DNA of 64,000 bases, taken from the NCBI GenBank assembly GCA_043803105.1, contig JAZDKJ010000012.1, positions 23,337 through 87,336 on the forward strand, in the 5' to 3' direction. Positions 26,038 through 36,229 of this stretch are shown here, piece after piece. The number at the start of each line of letters is the position of its first letter. Positions within the stretch are counted from its first letter, which is position 1. Origin of the DNA: Candidatus Woesearchaeota archaeon (lineage in GTDB: Archaea; Nanobdellota; Nanobdellia; Woesearchaeales; JAZDKJ01). The notes under the pieces are model-generated. The model was not told where the DNA came from and did no database searches. It saw only the letters and a list, made by a program, of their open reading frames with translations. The position numbers and the translations under genes were made by a program.

Positions 26038-27404
26038 GAAGATACCTTGTCTATGTTGCATCATTGCTTGCTGTTTTTTCCTTGCTATTGCCCTTCTATT
26101 TGAGGTATGTTGAATCCCAGCCTCTAGTTTTCGCTGGCGAGTCATATTATAATCTTAGGATTGCATCTCTTATACAGAAGTCTGGTATTCCACATTATGA
26201 CTTAATGTTGTGGCAACCTAGGCCTTACCTGATTAACCCTTATCATCTGGTATTGGCAGGTTTTTTTCTTCTATTTACCCATATCCAGACCTCGATACTA
26301 TTTCCTGTTCTCTTAGGAGCTCTCTCATTTGTCATTTTTGGCATGCTGCTTAAGAGCTTCTCTGTTTCCTCTCATGTCACTCTGGCATCCCTAGTTATGC
26401 TTGCCTTCAGCCCGCCATTTGTGCACACCTTCACTGTGTCATCACCAATTGCCCTTTCTGCAACTATAGTCCTCCTTGGTTTGTACCTTCTGTGTTCAGA
26501 GCAAGCCTTCGCTAAGTGGCTCGGTATCCTTTCCTTGTCTATAGTTCCTTTTTTCAGTTTTTCTTTCGCTGTTGTCTCAATAGTGGTCCTGCTTTCTGTG
26601 GAAAAGTACAGGAAGAATGCAATTGCCGTGCTTCCGGTTATTGTTCTTACGCTTGTCTCTCTTGTTCTGCAGCTGCCCACAGTTCATATTCCACAGATTC
26701 ATCTGTTTTTTTCTGACCTGGGCAGCCAGTTCGGGTTCGGCCTGTTTAATGTCATTCTTTGCTTCCTCGGGCTGATTCTTGCATGGCCCAAGAAGTCTGG
26801 CTTGCTGTCATGGTTTGTGGTTGGGCTGTCAATTATCTCTGTCTCATTCCTTGATCTTGGATCTCTCGTCCTCCTCAATTACCTTGTTTCCGTGGCCGCA
26901 GCCTTTGCCTTTGTTCGTTTATTGAAAATGCGCTGGGATCTTCTGCAGATAAGGTTTATGTCCATTACTCTCATTGTCTGTGGTCTGCTTTTTTCCTTTG
27001 TAACTTTTGAGACCTCTCTCGCCTCCTCTGCTCCAACAGAAGGTCTGGAGCAAGCTCTCTCTTGGCTGTCTACGCAAGAGACTTCAGCGGTTTTTAGCCA
27101 CCCATCTTTGGGTTTCTTCATTCAGGCTGATGCAGGGAAAAAAGTGCTTGCTGATGATCTAACTATAGATCAAAAAATACTTAATGACTCCAATACATTG
27201 TTTTACTCCAGGAGCCTGCAGAAGACCAAGGAGATCTTGTCAAAATACAATATATCGCATATTCTTATCTCTCCAGAGATGAAGGTTGGTTTGGTTTGGA
27301 ATGAACCAGAACAAGGTCTCCTATTCTTACTCCGGAATAACGAAACATTTAAAAGTGTTTACAACAAGTCTCAAGTCCTGGTTGTTTCGTACTCTGGTGG
27401 TTAG
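26034..27404 (+). CDS. multi-TM GT-C-like membrane protein, paralog of 24538..26037
   Basis: Shared N-terminal loop motif (GESYYNLRIASLIQKSGIPHYD) and topology. Confidence 0.45.
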   Translation: MRRYLVYVASLLAVFSLLLPFYLRYVESQPLVFAGESYYNLRIASLIQKSGIPHYDLMLWQPRPYLINPYHLVLAGFFLLFTHIQTSILFPVLLGALSFVIFGMLLKSFSVSSHVTLASLVMLAFSPPFVHTFTVSSPIALSATIVLLGLYLLCSEQAFAKWLGILSLSIVPFFSFSFAVVSIVVLLSVEKYRKNAIAVLPVIVLTLVSLVLQLPTVHIPQIHLFFSDLGSQFGFGLFNVILCFLGLILAWPKKSGLLSWFVVGLSIISVSFLDLGSLVLLNYLVSVAAAFAFVRLLKMRWDLLQIRFMSITLIVCGLLFSFVTFETSLASSAPTEGLEQALSWLSTQETSAVFSHPSLGFFIQADAGKKVLADDLTIDQKILNDSNTLFYSRSLQKTKEILSKYNISHILISPEMKVGLVWNEPEQGLLFLLRNNETFKSVYNKSQVLVVSYSGG

Positions 27405-28635
27405 ATGATAAGATATATACTTTGGGGTGTCTCATTTATCACCCTTTATGTTTCTCTGGTCTGGCTTAGCTTCATGTACTTGAATCCATTTCAGCACAAG
27501 CGACTTTTTTCATATCCCAGCATTACTGTTGTAATACCTGCTTATAATGAAGAGCGCACTGTTGTCGATACAATTAAATCTGTTGCTTCTGCCTCTTATC
27601 CAAAAGGAAAGCTTAGTCTGGTTGTGGTTAATGATGGCAGCACTGATCATACTTCAGCTGTTGCCAAAGAATATATCCGGTCCGCCAGGATTAAGAACGC
27701 AATTGTCATAGATAAACCACAATCGGGCAAGGCAGCCGCACTTAATACTGCCCTCAAAAGCACTTCGACTGAATTGTTTGCCTGCGTGGATGCAGATTCT
27801 TTGATTGACAAACATGCCTTGCTGCAATTAATGCACCACTTCGAAGACCCAAAGAATGCTGCTGTGATAACTGCCTTGAAGGTGTATAAGCCCAAGAAGC
27901 TCTTGGAAAAGGTACAGCATTTTGAATACCTGTTGGGCATTATTACCCGGAAGATTCGTTCCTCAATCAATACCCTGGCAATGACCCCCTGGCGTTTTGA
28001 GCGTTTACAGAACTAATTTACTACAAGATCTCGGGGGTTTTGATGAGCATAATATTACCGAGGATTTTGAGATTGCCATGCGACTGAAGTTTCATGGTTA
28101 TAACATTCAGCTCGAGACTAAAAGCATCACGTACACTAATGTACCCGACACGTTCCGCGCGCTAAAGAGGCAACGCGTTAGATGGTTCAGGGGCTATATC
28201 TTCAACCACATAAAATATAAGAGTATGTTCTTTGATCGGAATAATAAGTTCATGGGGTATTTCCAGCTACCCTTGAACATCATCTCTATTGGTATACTCC
28301 TCCTCAGCACAACACTCATAGGGTATGGGACCTTTACGACTGTGAGGGAGCTCATCCAACGGGCTCTCTTGATTAAGGGGTATATCCCCAGCCTGTTTTA
28401 CATACCTCCCCTAAAAGAGATAATCCTTGGCCATGACATTCAGATCATGTTTCCAATATATATAGGCGCAATTGGAGGTTTTTACCTTTTCTATGTTGCT
28501 CACAAGGAGACAAACGAAAAGTTTAAGCACCCTCTCTCGATTTGGCTTTATTTCACAATCTTTCCCTTGCTTAATTTTTATTATTGGGTTTGCTCACTGG
28601 TGCAGGAGGTCTTTAGGTCCAAGAGAAAATGGTGA
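27405..28635 (+). pseudogene. GT2 family processive glycosyltransferase (DAD and Q-R-V-R-W motifs) interrupted by a +1 frameshift in a C5 run at 27985-27989
   Basis: Two ORFs (27405..28016, 27997..28635) whose conceptual fusion after removing one C reads ...TLAMTPGVLSVYRTNLLQDLGGFDE..., a canonical GT2 sequence; VVIPAYNEE, CVDADS, QRVRWFRG. Confidence 0.6.
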
Positions 28636-29273
28636 AGCGCTTTGCAAAGCATGTTTTTGTAGTCACATTGGTACTTCTGGTTGTCGTTTTTGTCACCGGC
28701 CTGCTCTTTGGTAGGTCTCTTGGCACTTCAAGGGAGGTTGAAATCACAAGGTTGATTCAGCGTAATGAGCTTAATGCAGAGAGCTTCTTGATTGAGCAGG
28801 ACCTGTTCAAGAACCTTGACAAGAGCAATTGTGAGCTTGTCAGGATAAGGCTTACTGACATGTCTAATGAGCTTGGAAAGACTGGACGAGTGCTTGTCCA
28901 GAACAATTCAAGAAGCTCACTTGGCGCTGAAGAATTTGCTTTTCTCAAGCTAAAGTATCACTTGATGCAGGTAAGGTCTTACCTGTTGTTTGAGCGCCTC
29001 AAGGATAAGTGCAATATCACATCAAACGTGATTTTGTACTACTATGGCATCAATGATAAGGACTCTGCCGAACAGGGCAAGATACTTGACCAGGTGGTAA
29101 AGGATTACCCTGTGTCTGTTTTTGCTATTGAGTACAATTATTCCCCCCAGCTCAGGTTCCTTGAGGCTTTCTATAATGTGACTGCCACTCCGACCATTGT
29201 TCTGGATTTTGGTCGCATCCACATGGGATTGGCTGATTACGATACCATCACCAGTGAATTGACAAAGCCATAA
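28629..29273 (+). CDS. membrane-anchored hypothetical protein (module shared with the next gene)
   Basis: ORF; homology to the N-terminal 200 aa of 29273..31357. Confidence 0.5.
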   Translation: MVKRFAKHVFVVTLVLLVVVFVTGLLFGRSLGTSREVEITRLIQRNELNAESFLIEQDLFKNLDKSNCELVRIRLTDMSNELGKTGRVLVQNNSRSSLGAEEFAFLKLKYHLMQVRSYLLFERLKDKCNITSNVILYYYGINDKDSAEQGKILDQVVKDYPVSVFAIEYNYSPQLRFLEAFYNVTATPTIVLDFGRIHMGLADYDTITSELTKP

Positions 29274-31357
29274 TGCAGCGCGCTTATCAAAAGCACATTT
29301 TCTTGACAAGCCTACTTTTGACTCTTTCAATTTTTACGATGGGGATCATTATTAGTTACTTCATGGATTTCGTAAGGATTGCCGAGATTACCAAGGTCAT
29401 AGAGAAGAATGAACTTGACAGTGAGGCTTATTTTCTTCAGCAGGATTTTCTTGCAGTCTCTGGTGCCAATCAATGTGCTCAAATAGAGCAGCGCCTGACC
29501 AGTCTGAAGGAGGAGGTAAGGAAGGTTGGTATTGACCTTTCCAATTATGGTAGCAAGGGTTTTTTCAAGAAAAAAGATTATGATTACCTTAAGCGCAAGT
29601 ATTTTCTTTTGGAGTTGCAGTTTCTCACGCTTGTGAACGGTGTTAACGACCGCTGTGGCAGCACCTACATCCCGATCATTTTTTTCTACAAGATTGATGA
29701 TGCCTTAAGTGAGCGTCAGGGCTATGTGCTTGATGACATCAATGAGGCTTACCCTGCCCAAGTTGTAGTTGTTTCTCTTGACAAGGATTATGTCGATGAG
29801 CCCATTGTGAGTTATTTGGTCAAAAAGTACAATGTTACGAAAGCGCCCACTGTTATTATTGACAACAACATCAAGCAAGAGAGACTCCTGTACACAGGCG
29901 AGCTTAACGCCACAATTTTAAGATTGCTGCGCAGGACTGATGAGTATTCCAAGGGCACAAATTTTGATTTTGTCATTGATGCTACAAAGACAAATAAGTC
30001 CCTTCTCATGCTAAGATATAAGCAGCTTGTTGAGATCAACATCTCTCCCTTCGCAAAGGGTGATATTCTTCTTGCTCTTGGCAGACTTTCCAACAATGAG
30101 TCCTTGAAGTGCCTTGCCTTGCGATATTATGATGAGTATAAGCCGCAGCAACCAGAGGAGAGAGCTTTGTTGTTTGAAACCTATGCTTCGATTGGCTGCG
30201 GTCGAAACAGAAAGGCTTTTCTCCTTGAAGCCTCCAGGATCTGGAAAGCCTTAGGGAATAATGCTCGCTCTGAAATCGAGGAGAGGTTATCACAAAGAGA
30301 AGAACCTCTGCTGGTTTTTGAACCAAGCAGGCTCAATGCCACAAGAATCCCTCGTTTCTCCAAGGTTACTATTGGACGGACGGGTTTTTCCATTACCAAG
30401 TCCGATGTCCTGGTTTCGCAGGTTGACCGGGTGAATCGAGATTGGTTATCTGGCCAGCTTAATTCCTCCCCGTTCTCACAAAATCTCCTCACAGTGTTCT
30501 CTGAGAGATATACTCTTCCAGAGTTCGAACTCTTGCCAGATATTGGTTGGCACGAAGGTGCAAGGATAAAGGAGATACAAAAGATTGGTCTGAAGCGCTA
30601 TACTGCCACCGGAACTCTTGTAGCCAAGCGCAATGGAACATGGTTTGCCCCTGATGAAAAAGGGATTTTCCGCTTTGAGGTGCCCCTTGATAAAGTCCTC
30701 TATCCTACAACCAGGTTCTTGTCAGAAGACCTTGCTGTGATTGTTGATACCCATGGCGTAAACATGCTTGTTGAACAAGCCTTAAGATTGAACGCAAGTG
30801 TTGTGATCGGTTGTTGTGACAATCCCTCAAAGGTTGCTGCAGCAAAATACCTTGCGGGCAAGGGCATCAAGGTCGTTTGTTTCACAGATAAGTATCTCCC
30901 CCTTATTCTAGGCTCAAACCTTTCAATACTTGGCAGCCCCCCTATGTTGAGGAATGGTAACTCTGTCTTGCTTGGCAGCCAGCCTGTCTCGATACTCTCC
31001 TCAGATGTGCTGCTTGTTGAGGATGTGGCAAACTATTCACAGGTCCAGAGCTATTATGATACGCCTGCGCGCTATTTCAGTCAGCTTAACGCTTCTCTTG
31101 ATGTTCATTACTTTGGGCTTTCTGCCTCAAGTGGTCCAGAAGATTTCATCGATGCTGCCGTTAAGCTTAACGCGAATGTGGTTGCTGCCAGGGTTTATTC
31201 GCTTGAGGACTATCTGGCCATTAGCTCCTGGCTCCGAGAAGACATGCATCACAGGGCAATCCTGTTTCACTCAGCGCCATATCCTTTTGGGTTAATCATT
31301 TATGAAGAATTCAGGGACCAAACGTCTTTTGATGATATTCATCCGGAGTTTTCATGA
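29273..31357 (+). CDS. large membrane-anchored hypothetical protein (N-terminal module paralogous to 28629..29273)
   Basis: ORF; AEITKVIEKNELDSEAYFLQQDF... parallels VEITRLIQRNELNAESFLIEQDLF... Confidence 0.5.
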   Translation: MQRAYQKHIFLTSLLLTLSIFTMGIIISYFMDFVRIAEITKVIEKNELDSEAYFLQQDFLAVSGANQCAQIEQRLTSLKEEVRKVGIDLSNYGSKGFFKKKDYDYLKRKYFLLELQFLTLVNGVNDRCGSTYIPIIFFYKIDDALSERQGYVLDDINEAYPAQVVVVSLDKDYVDEPIVSYLVKKYNVTKAPTVIIDNNIKQERLLYTGELNATILRLLRRTDEYSKGTNFDFVIDATKTNKSLLMLRYKQLVEINISPFAKGDILLALGRLSNNESLKCLALRYYDEYKPQQPEERALLFETYASIGCGRNRKAFLLEASRIWKALGNNARSEIEERLSQREEPLLVFEPSRLNATRIPRFSKVTIGRTGFSITKSDVLVSQVDRVNRDWLSGQLNSSPFSQNLLTVFSERYTLPEFELLPDIGWHEGARIKEIQKIGLKRYTATGTLVAKRNGTWFAPDEKGIFRFEVPLDKVLYPTTRFLSEDLAVIVDTHGVNMLVEQALRLNASVVIGCCDNPSKVAAAKYLAGKGIKVVCFTDKYLPLILGSNLSILGSPPMLRNGNSVLLGSQPVSILSSDVLLVEDVANYSQVQSYYDTPARYFSQLNASLDVHYFGLSASSGPEDFIDAAVKLNANVVAARVYSLEDYLAISSWLREDMHHRAILFHSAPYPFGLIIYEEFRDQTSFDDIHPEFS

Positions 31358-32748
31358 GGAAGCCCTACCTGCCGATCGTTATTGTTCTGTTTGTTTCGCT
31401 TGTCGTAAGGCTTTACTTCTTTTTTTCTTATCACGACATGTGGTGGGATGCCGCAGTCTACATTGGCATGGGCAAATACATGCTTACTCTTGGCCATCTT
31501 GGTTTGTGGGAGCCGATTAGGCCTGTCTTCTGGCCGCTGATTCTGGGATTGTTGTGGTCTACAAGATTGAATGTTGTTGTGCTTGGCAATTTGGTTCAGC
31601 TTTTAATGAGCATAGGTATAATCTATCTTGTTTATGCCATTGCAGCAAATGCCTTTGATAGGAGGACAGCTGTCTTGGCTGCGGCAATTTTTTCTTTTGG
31701 TTCGATTTTTTTCATTTTAGGTTATCATTTGTATACTGAAATTCCCGCCACTTTTTTTCTGCTTCTTGCGCTATTTTTTCTTTTCAGGCAATCTTTTTTC
31801 ACGTCCGGGTTATTTTTTGCCTTCTCAGTTTTGACCAAGTTTACAATGATGGTTTTTATTGTTCCTATCATCATTTTTTTGTTCTTTAATCCTCGTTTTA
31901 GGTCATTTATGTTTTTTGGTTTAGGTGCCCTTGTACCCTTAGTGCCAGCTCTTGCAGTCAATCTTTGGTTTTACAGCTCTCCATTTTTTCCATTTCTCGA
32001 AGCCAATCGCGTAATCAATCAGGTTCTCGGCTGCAATGTCCTGAGTTTCAAGCCATGGTATTTTTATTTGCGGATGATGATATCTGAGAGTGCGCTTTAC
32101 GTCCTTTTGCCAATTGGTTTTCTTATTTCCCTTCGCAGGCGAAAGCGCGAAGATTTGTTGATTTGTGTCTCCCTTGTGTTGCCTCTAGTGTATTTGTCAA
32201 CCCTCCATTGTCGTGATTACCGCTATCTTCTGGCCTTTCTGCCTTTCGCTTCAATGCTTGTTGGCCTCGCGCTTGCTTTTATGCTTGCTAGGCTCCCTGA
32301 AAGGTTTTTCTTGCTGCTTGTTATAATGATTGCCATTACTGGATTTGTTTCTGCTTTCTCTTTTTACAGGCTTAATGAGCCGTCTTCAGAGCCCGCTGTT
32401 GCAAGAGACTTTTACAGGTTTTTGGAGAACCGCACTGCAGAACACGAGATTTGGGTTAGTAATCCTATTGTGGCCCTTTATGCAGATAAGAAGGTAAACC
32501 TGGTCTATTATCCTGTCTTTGACTCCAACCTCATCTTTAGTTTCAATCAGTACATTCGTCATCATTTGGCAAATGTAAGCTATGTTTTCCTTGACAGTTG
32601 CGGTGGAGGTATCATCTGCCCACCCAAGGACACTGCATGTCTATCAGAATCCGATGATCTGGTTCGTTTTCTTTACAATAATTCCAGGTTGGTGTATTAC
32701 TCCAGCTCTGCAGGATGCGCCGATTATGTTTTCTTTAACCAAGCTTGA
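31354..32748 (+). CDS. multi-TM GT-C-fold glycosyltransferase-like protein (PMT/ArnT-like)
   Basis: HDMWWDAAVYIGMGKYMLTLGHLGLWEPIRPVFWPL matches the first-loop motif of ArnT/PMT family (D/E..Y...A..M...G.W...KPPL..W). Confidence 0.5.
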   Translation: MRKPYLPIVIVLFVSLVVRLYFFFSYHDMWWDAAVYIGMGKYMLTLGHLGLWEPIRPVFWPLILGLLWSTRLNVVVLGNLVQLLMSIGIIYLVYAIAANAFDRRTAVLAAAIFSFGSIFFILGYHLYTEIPATFFLLLALFFLFRQSFFTSGLFFAFSVLTKFTMMVFIVPIIIFLFFNPRFRSFMFFGLGALVPLVPALAVNLWFYSSPFFPFLEANRVINQVLGCNVLSFKPWYFYLRMMISESALYVLLPIGFLISLRRRKREDLLICVSLVLPLVYLSTLHCRDYRYLLAFLPFASMLVGLALAFMLARLPERFFLLLVIMIAITGFVSAFSFYRLNEPSSEPAVARDFYRFLENRTAEHEIWVSNPIVALYADKKVNLVYYPVFDSNLIFSFNQYIRHHLANVSYVFLDSCGGGIICPPKDTACLSESDDLVRFLYNNSRLVYYSSSAGCADYVFFNQA

Positions 32749-33181
32749 TGAGGTCTCCCACAGTTAGACCTTCTGCTGCTTTCGGCTTGGCCTGATTGCT
32801 GTTTTCCTTGTATTCTTCAACAAGCTTGATTTTTAAGAATCTTTCTATTTTTCGTGCTAGCTCGATTGGTGGTTGGTACCTTCCTGATTCTATGTTGTGT
32901 ATTAAGGAAGTTTTTTCGCTTATTTTATTTGCAAATTCCTCCTGCTTTAGCCCTAATGCCTCTCGCGCCTGTTTTACTAGCACCGCATAGTTGCCCACTA
33001 CAATTTCTTGTGCAGGCTCTTCCCTCTGCCGCTCAGGTTTTTTGCTTGGTACAACCAGTGATGCAGGCTTGTTTGGCAGAAGCTTTCCGTACTTAGAACA
33101 TTTTTCGCAGACCATCAGTTCTATCCCTTCTACTGATGTCCTCAGGAGCGCCTCTTCCTTGCCACAGAGCTCGCATTGCAT
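32735..33181 (-). CDS. mbf1: archaeal multiprotein bridging factor 1 (zinc ribbon + XRE HTH)
   Basis: MQCELCGKE...CEKC zinc ribbon; C-terminal HTH LGLKQEEFANKISEKTSLIHNIESGR. Confidence 0.75.
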   Translation of the reverse strand: MQCELCGKEEALLRTSVEGIELMVCEKCSKYGKLLPNKPASLVVPSKKPERQREEPAQEIVVGNYAVLVKQAREALGLKQEEFANKISEKTSLIHNIESGRYQPPIELARKIERFLKIKLVEEYKENSNQAKPKAAEGLTVGDLIKLG

Positions 33182-33331
33182 TTTTTAGCACCCCATCTTC
33201 TTTGTCTTTGTCGTCCATTTTTGGACATCTCACGTAAAGTGTGACAGATATAAAAATCTTTGCTGCTTACATAATTTTGTCCTCTGATAAATCCGTTAAG
33301 TTTAAATAATCACCTCAAATTAGCTTGGGCT

Positions 33332-34471
33332 ATGAAGCATGCCTCTCCAAACAGGGAAATCTCCCTTAATGAGCAAAGTGAGATTGCCAACTATGTTGAT
33401 AAGGCTCGATTGCGAGGCTATGCTGACAAGAGAATCCTTAAGAGTCTTTCTTCTGCAGGCTGGCCGGAAAATATTGTTCTTTCGATAATGCAAGAGTGTG
33501 ATTCCAAGCCTGGCAATAGCATCATCAAGTGTGTTAATCTGACTAAGCGTTTTGGAGATAATGTTGTGCTTGATTCAATCTCCCTTGAGATACCAGAGGG
33601 AGGCATTTTCGGAATCATTGGTCTGAGCGGCTCTGGAAAGACCACGCTGCTCAATTCTATGATAGGGTTTCTGCAGCCTGATGAAGGTGAGGTTTTCTTT
33701 CACAAGCCTCGTTCCTCAGAATACCTTTCTGTTTCTGAGAGGCTGATGGACGTAAAGAGGCTTTTTGGTTTTGCCACCCAAGAGCCTTCCTTTTACAACA
33801 AGCTCACCACTGAAGAGAATCTTGACCATTTTGGCTCATTGTATAATCTGCCCACCAATGTGCGCAAAGCTAATGTGAGCCTGTTGCTCGAGCTCATGGG
33901 GCTGACTGAGTCAAAGAATACCCTTGCTGAGAACCTTTCCGGGGGCATGCAGCGCCGACTAGGTATTGCCTGCTCTCTCATCCATGATCCAAAGATATTG
34001 ATACTTGATGAGCCGACTGCAGACCTCGATCCTCTTCTGCGCCGAGAGATGTGGAACCTTATAAGTAAGATAAACCAGCAGGGCACCACAGTAATCCTCT
34101 CCTCGCACTTCTTGAGTGAAATCGAGGAATTGTGCACAAATGTGGCTATCCTCCATAACAGGAAGATTGTTGACGTAGGGACCCCTAATGAGCTAAGAAA
34201 GAAGCTCTCTACCAACGAGGAGATTCACCTGCGGACAGCATCTGCTAACTATGAGAAGCTCATACGCGAGCTTCAGAAGGAGAACCTTTTTATCGAACAG
34301 CTTATAGAGAAGGACCATAAGCTAGTGATAGTGACCCCTCACGCAGAACGGATCCTTCATGCCTTGATACACGTCGTTGAAAGGAACAAGGAGTCCATCG
34401 TTGACCTCGATGTGGTTGACAAGCCTAGCCTCTTTGAGGTTTTCGAGCATTTGGTTATGAATAGTCATTAA
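33332..34471 (+). CDS. ABC transporter ATP-binding protein
   Basis: Walker A GLSGSGKTT, signature LSGGMQRRL, Walker B ILILDEP. Confidence 0.85.
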   Translation: MKHASPNREISLNEQSEIANYVDKARLRGYADKRILKSLSSAGWPENIVLSIMQECDSKPGNSIIKCVNLTKRFGDNVVLDSISLEIPEGGIFGIIGLSGSGKTTLLNSMIGFLQPDEGEVFFHKPRSSEYLSVSERLMDVKRLFGFATQEPSFYNKLTTEENLDHFGSLYNLPTNVRKANVSLLLELMGLTESKNTLAENLSGGMQRRLGIACSLIHDPKILILDEPTADLDPLLRREMWNLISKINQQGTTVILSSHFLSEIEELCTNVAILHNRKIVDVGTPNELRKKLSTNEEIHLRTASANYEKLIRELQKENLFIEQLIEKDHKLVIVTPHAERILHALIHVVERNKESIVDLDVVDKPSLFEVFEHLVMNSH

Positions 34472-34485
34472 AAGGAGGTGTATTT

Positions 34486-36222
34486 TTGGGTACTATACTC
34501 AAGGTTATCAAGAAGAATATCAAGCTCTTGATACGCTCCAAGGGTTCAGCCCTCATAGTCATTTTTGGCCCGCTCCTTGTCATTTTTCTTGTTGGCATTG
34601 CCTTTGACAACAGCAATGCCTATATGGTTAAGATTGGTGCCTATTCCGAAAAGTTTAGCGATTTTTCGAACAGCATTGTGAACCAGCTTAACGATAAGGA
34701 TTTCAGGGTCTCGATTTTTTCTTCTAAGGAGGCTTGCATTGAGGCTATAAAGCAAGGTGAGGTTCACGTCTGCATGTTCTTTTCCAAGGATTTCACTATC
34801 GGCAAGGACATGAATAATGAGATCGCCTTTTACATTGACTATTCCAAGATAAATCTGGTCTGGATGATCCTTGACACCTTGTCAGATGAGGTTCAATCAA
34901 AATCCTCGCAGGTTAGCATGGACCTGACGAACGTGCTGCTCACCAAGCTTGAGGACACCAGAAAAGAGGTGTCTTCAGACAAGGCCTTGGTTATCAAGCT
35001 TATCGATGGATCGGGCAAGGAGTCTGCGGATGTGTCTGCAATGCAGTCTTCGCTTCAGGGATTGAATCTCAATATGGACCTAGACAATTTCCCGGTCAAG
35101 GCCGTGGTCAATAGAACTGATCTTGTCAAGAAGCTCTCCGCAGACATTGCGAAGACGACCAATGATTATATGTTGGACTTAAGGAAACAGCTGCGCAAGA
35201 TGAATGTTACAGTCGCTGACATAGACAAGGTTATTGTGATCCTTGATGGCACAAAGTCTAAGCTTGATAACATGACCAAGAGGATGAACAGTAACACATC
35301 TGACCTTGCCTCTTTAGCATCCACTTTGCAGGAAAGCATTAGTTCTGTCAAGAGCCAGATTGACGCTGCTGGTTCTGTGAGAAGGGATATCCTTGTCAAG
35401 CTTTCTGACTTGAAGAATCTCTTGGAATCTGACCTTGCAACCATAATGTCTATCCAGAGTTCATTCAATAAGATCGAGAGCAACATTCAAGGAATCCAGG
35501 TAAAGAATGCAGAGAGCATAGTGAGTCCTATCAAGACAACCATCAACCCAGTAACTTCAAAGAAGACGCATCTGAATTACATTTTTCCAAGCCTTATTGT
35601 TCTCGTTGTGATGTTTGTGAGTCTCTTGCTCTCATCTACTCTGGTTGTAATGGAAAAAAGCTCAAAAGCCTATTTTCGCAACTTTATCACACCAACCAGG
35701 GACATTGTTTTCATTGTTGCCACTTACCTTACCAGTCTTTTGTTGCTTTTTGTCCAGGTTGTGGTTATACTGATAGTTGCTGCTTTCTTTTTCAAGTCGC
35801 AGCTCATTTCATCTTTGCCGAACACAATCCTCACCCTGTTCATAGCAGGGACCTTTTTCATTCTTGTTGGAATGGCTGTCGGTTACCTATTCAATTCTGA
35901 AGAGACATCAACCCTTGCTGCGATCTCCCTTGGCAGCGTTTTCCTTTTCCTTTCAAGTGTTATCCTGCCGCTCGAGAGCATGCCGCAGTATGTTATGCGG
36001 ATTGCAGAATTTAACCCCTTCGTTGTCTCAGAGAATGCTCTGCGCCAGGCCTTGCTGTTCCAGTATCCATTAAGGTTAATTGGTTACGAGCTTCTTCTGC
36101 TCTTGGGATACTCTGCTTTATTATTCGGGCTTACTCTGGTTATCCAAAAGGTTATGAAAAAACATTTTGTCACCAAATACGCGCGGCGCTTTGCCCCCGT
36201 CAAGATGAAGAAAAAAGAATGA
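34486..36222 (+). CDS. ABC-2 type transporter permease with large coiled-coil extracytoplasmic domain (YhgE/Pip-like)
   Basis: N-terminal TM, about 330-aa soluble coiled-coil domain, C-terminal 5-6 TM bundle; follows the ABC ATPase. Confidence 0.6.
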   Translation: MGTILKVIKKNIKLLIRSKGSALIVIFGPLLVIFLVGIAFDNSNAYMVKIGAYSEKFSDFSNSIVNQLNDKDFRVSIFSSKEACIEAIKQGEVHVCMFFSKDFTIGKDMNNEIAFYIDYSKINLVWMILDTLSDEVQSKSSQVSMDLTNVLLTKLEDTRKEVSSDKALVIKLIDGSGKESADVSAMQSSLQGLNLNMDLDNFPVKAVVNRTDLVKKLSADIAKTTNDYMLDLRKQLRKMNVTVADIDKVIVILDGTKSKLDNMTKRMNSNTSDLASLASTLQESISSVKSQIDAAGSVRRDILVKLSDLKNLLESDLATIMSIQSSFNKIESNIQGIQVKNAESIVSPIKTTINPVTSKKTHLNYIFPSLIVLVVMFVSLLLSSTLVVMEKSSKAYFRNFITPTRDIVFIVATYLTSLLLLFVQVVVILIVAAFFFKSQLISSLPNTILTLFIAGTFFILVGMAVGYLFNSEETSTLAAISLGSVFLFLSSVILPLESMPQYVMRIAEFNPFVVSENALRQALLFQYPLRLIGYELLLLLGYSALLFGLTLVIQKVMKKHFVTKYARRFAPVKMKKKE

Positions 36223-36229
36223 TCTTGCC

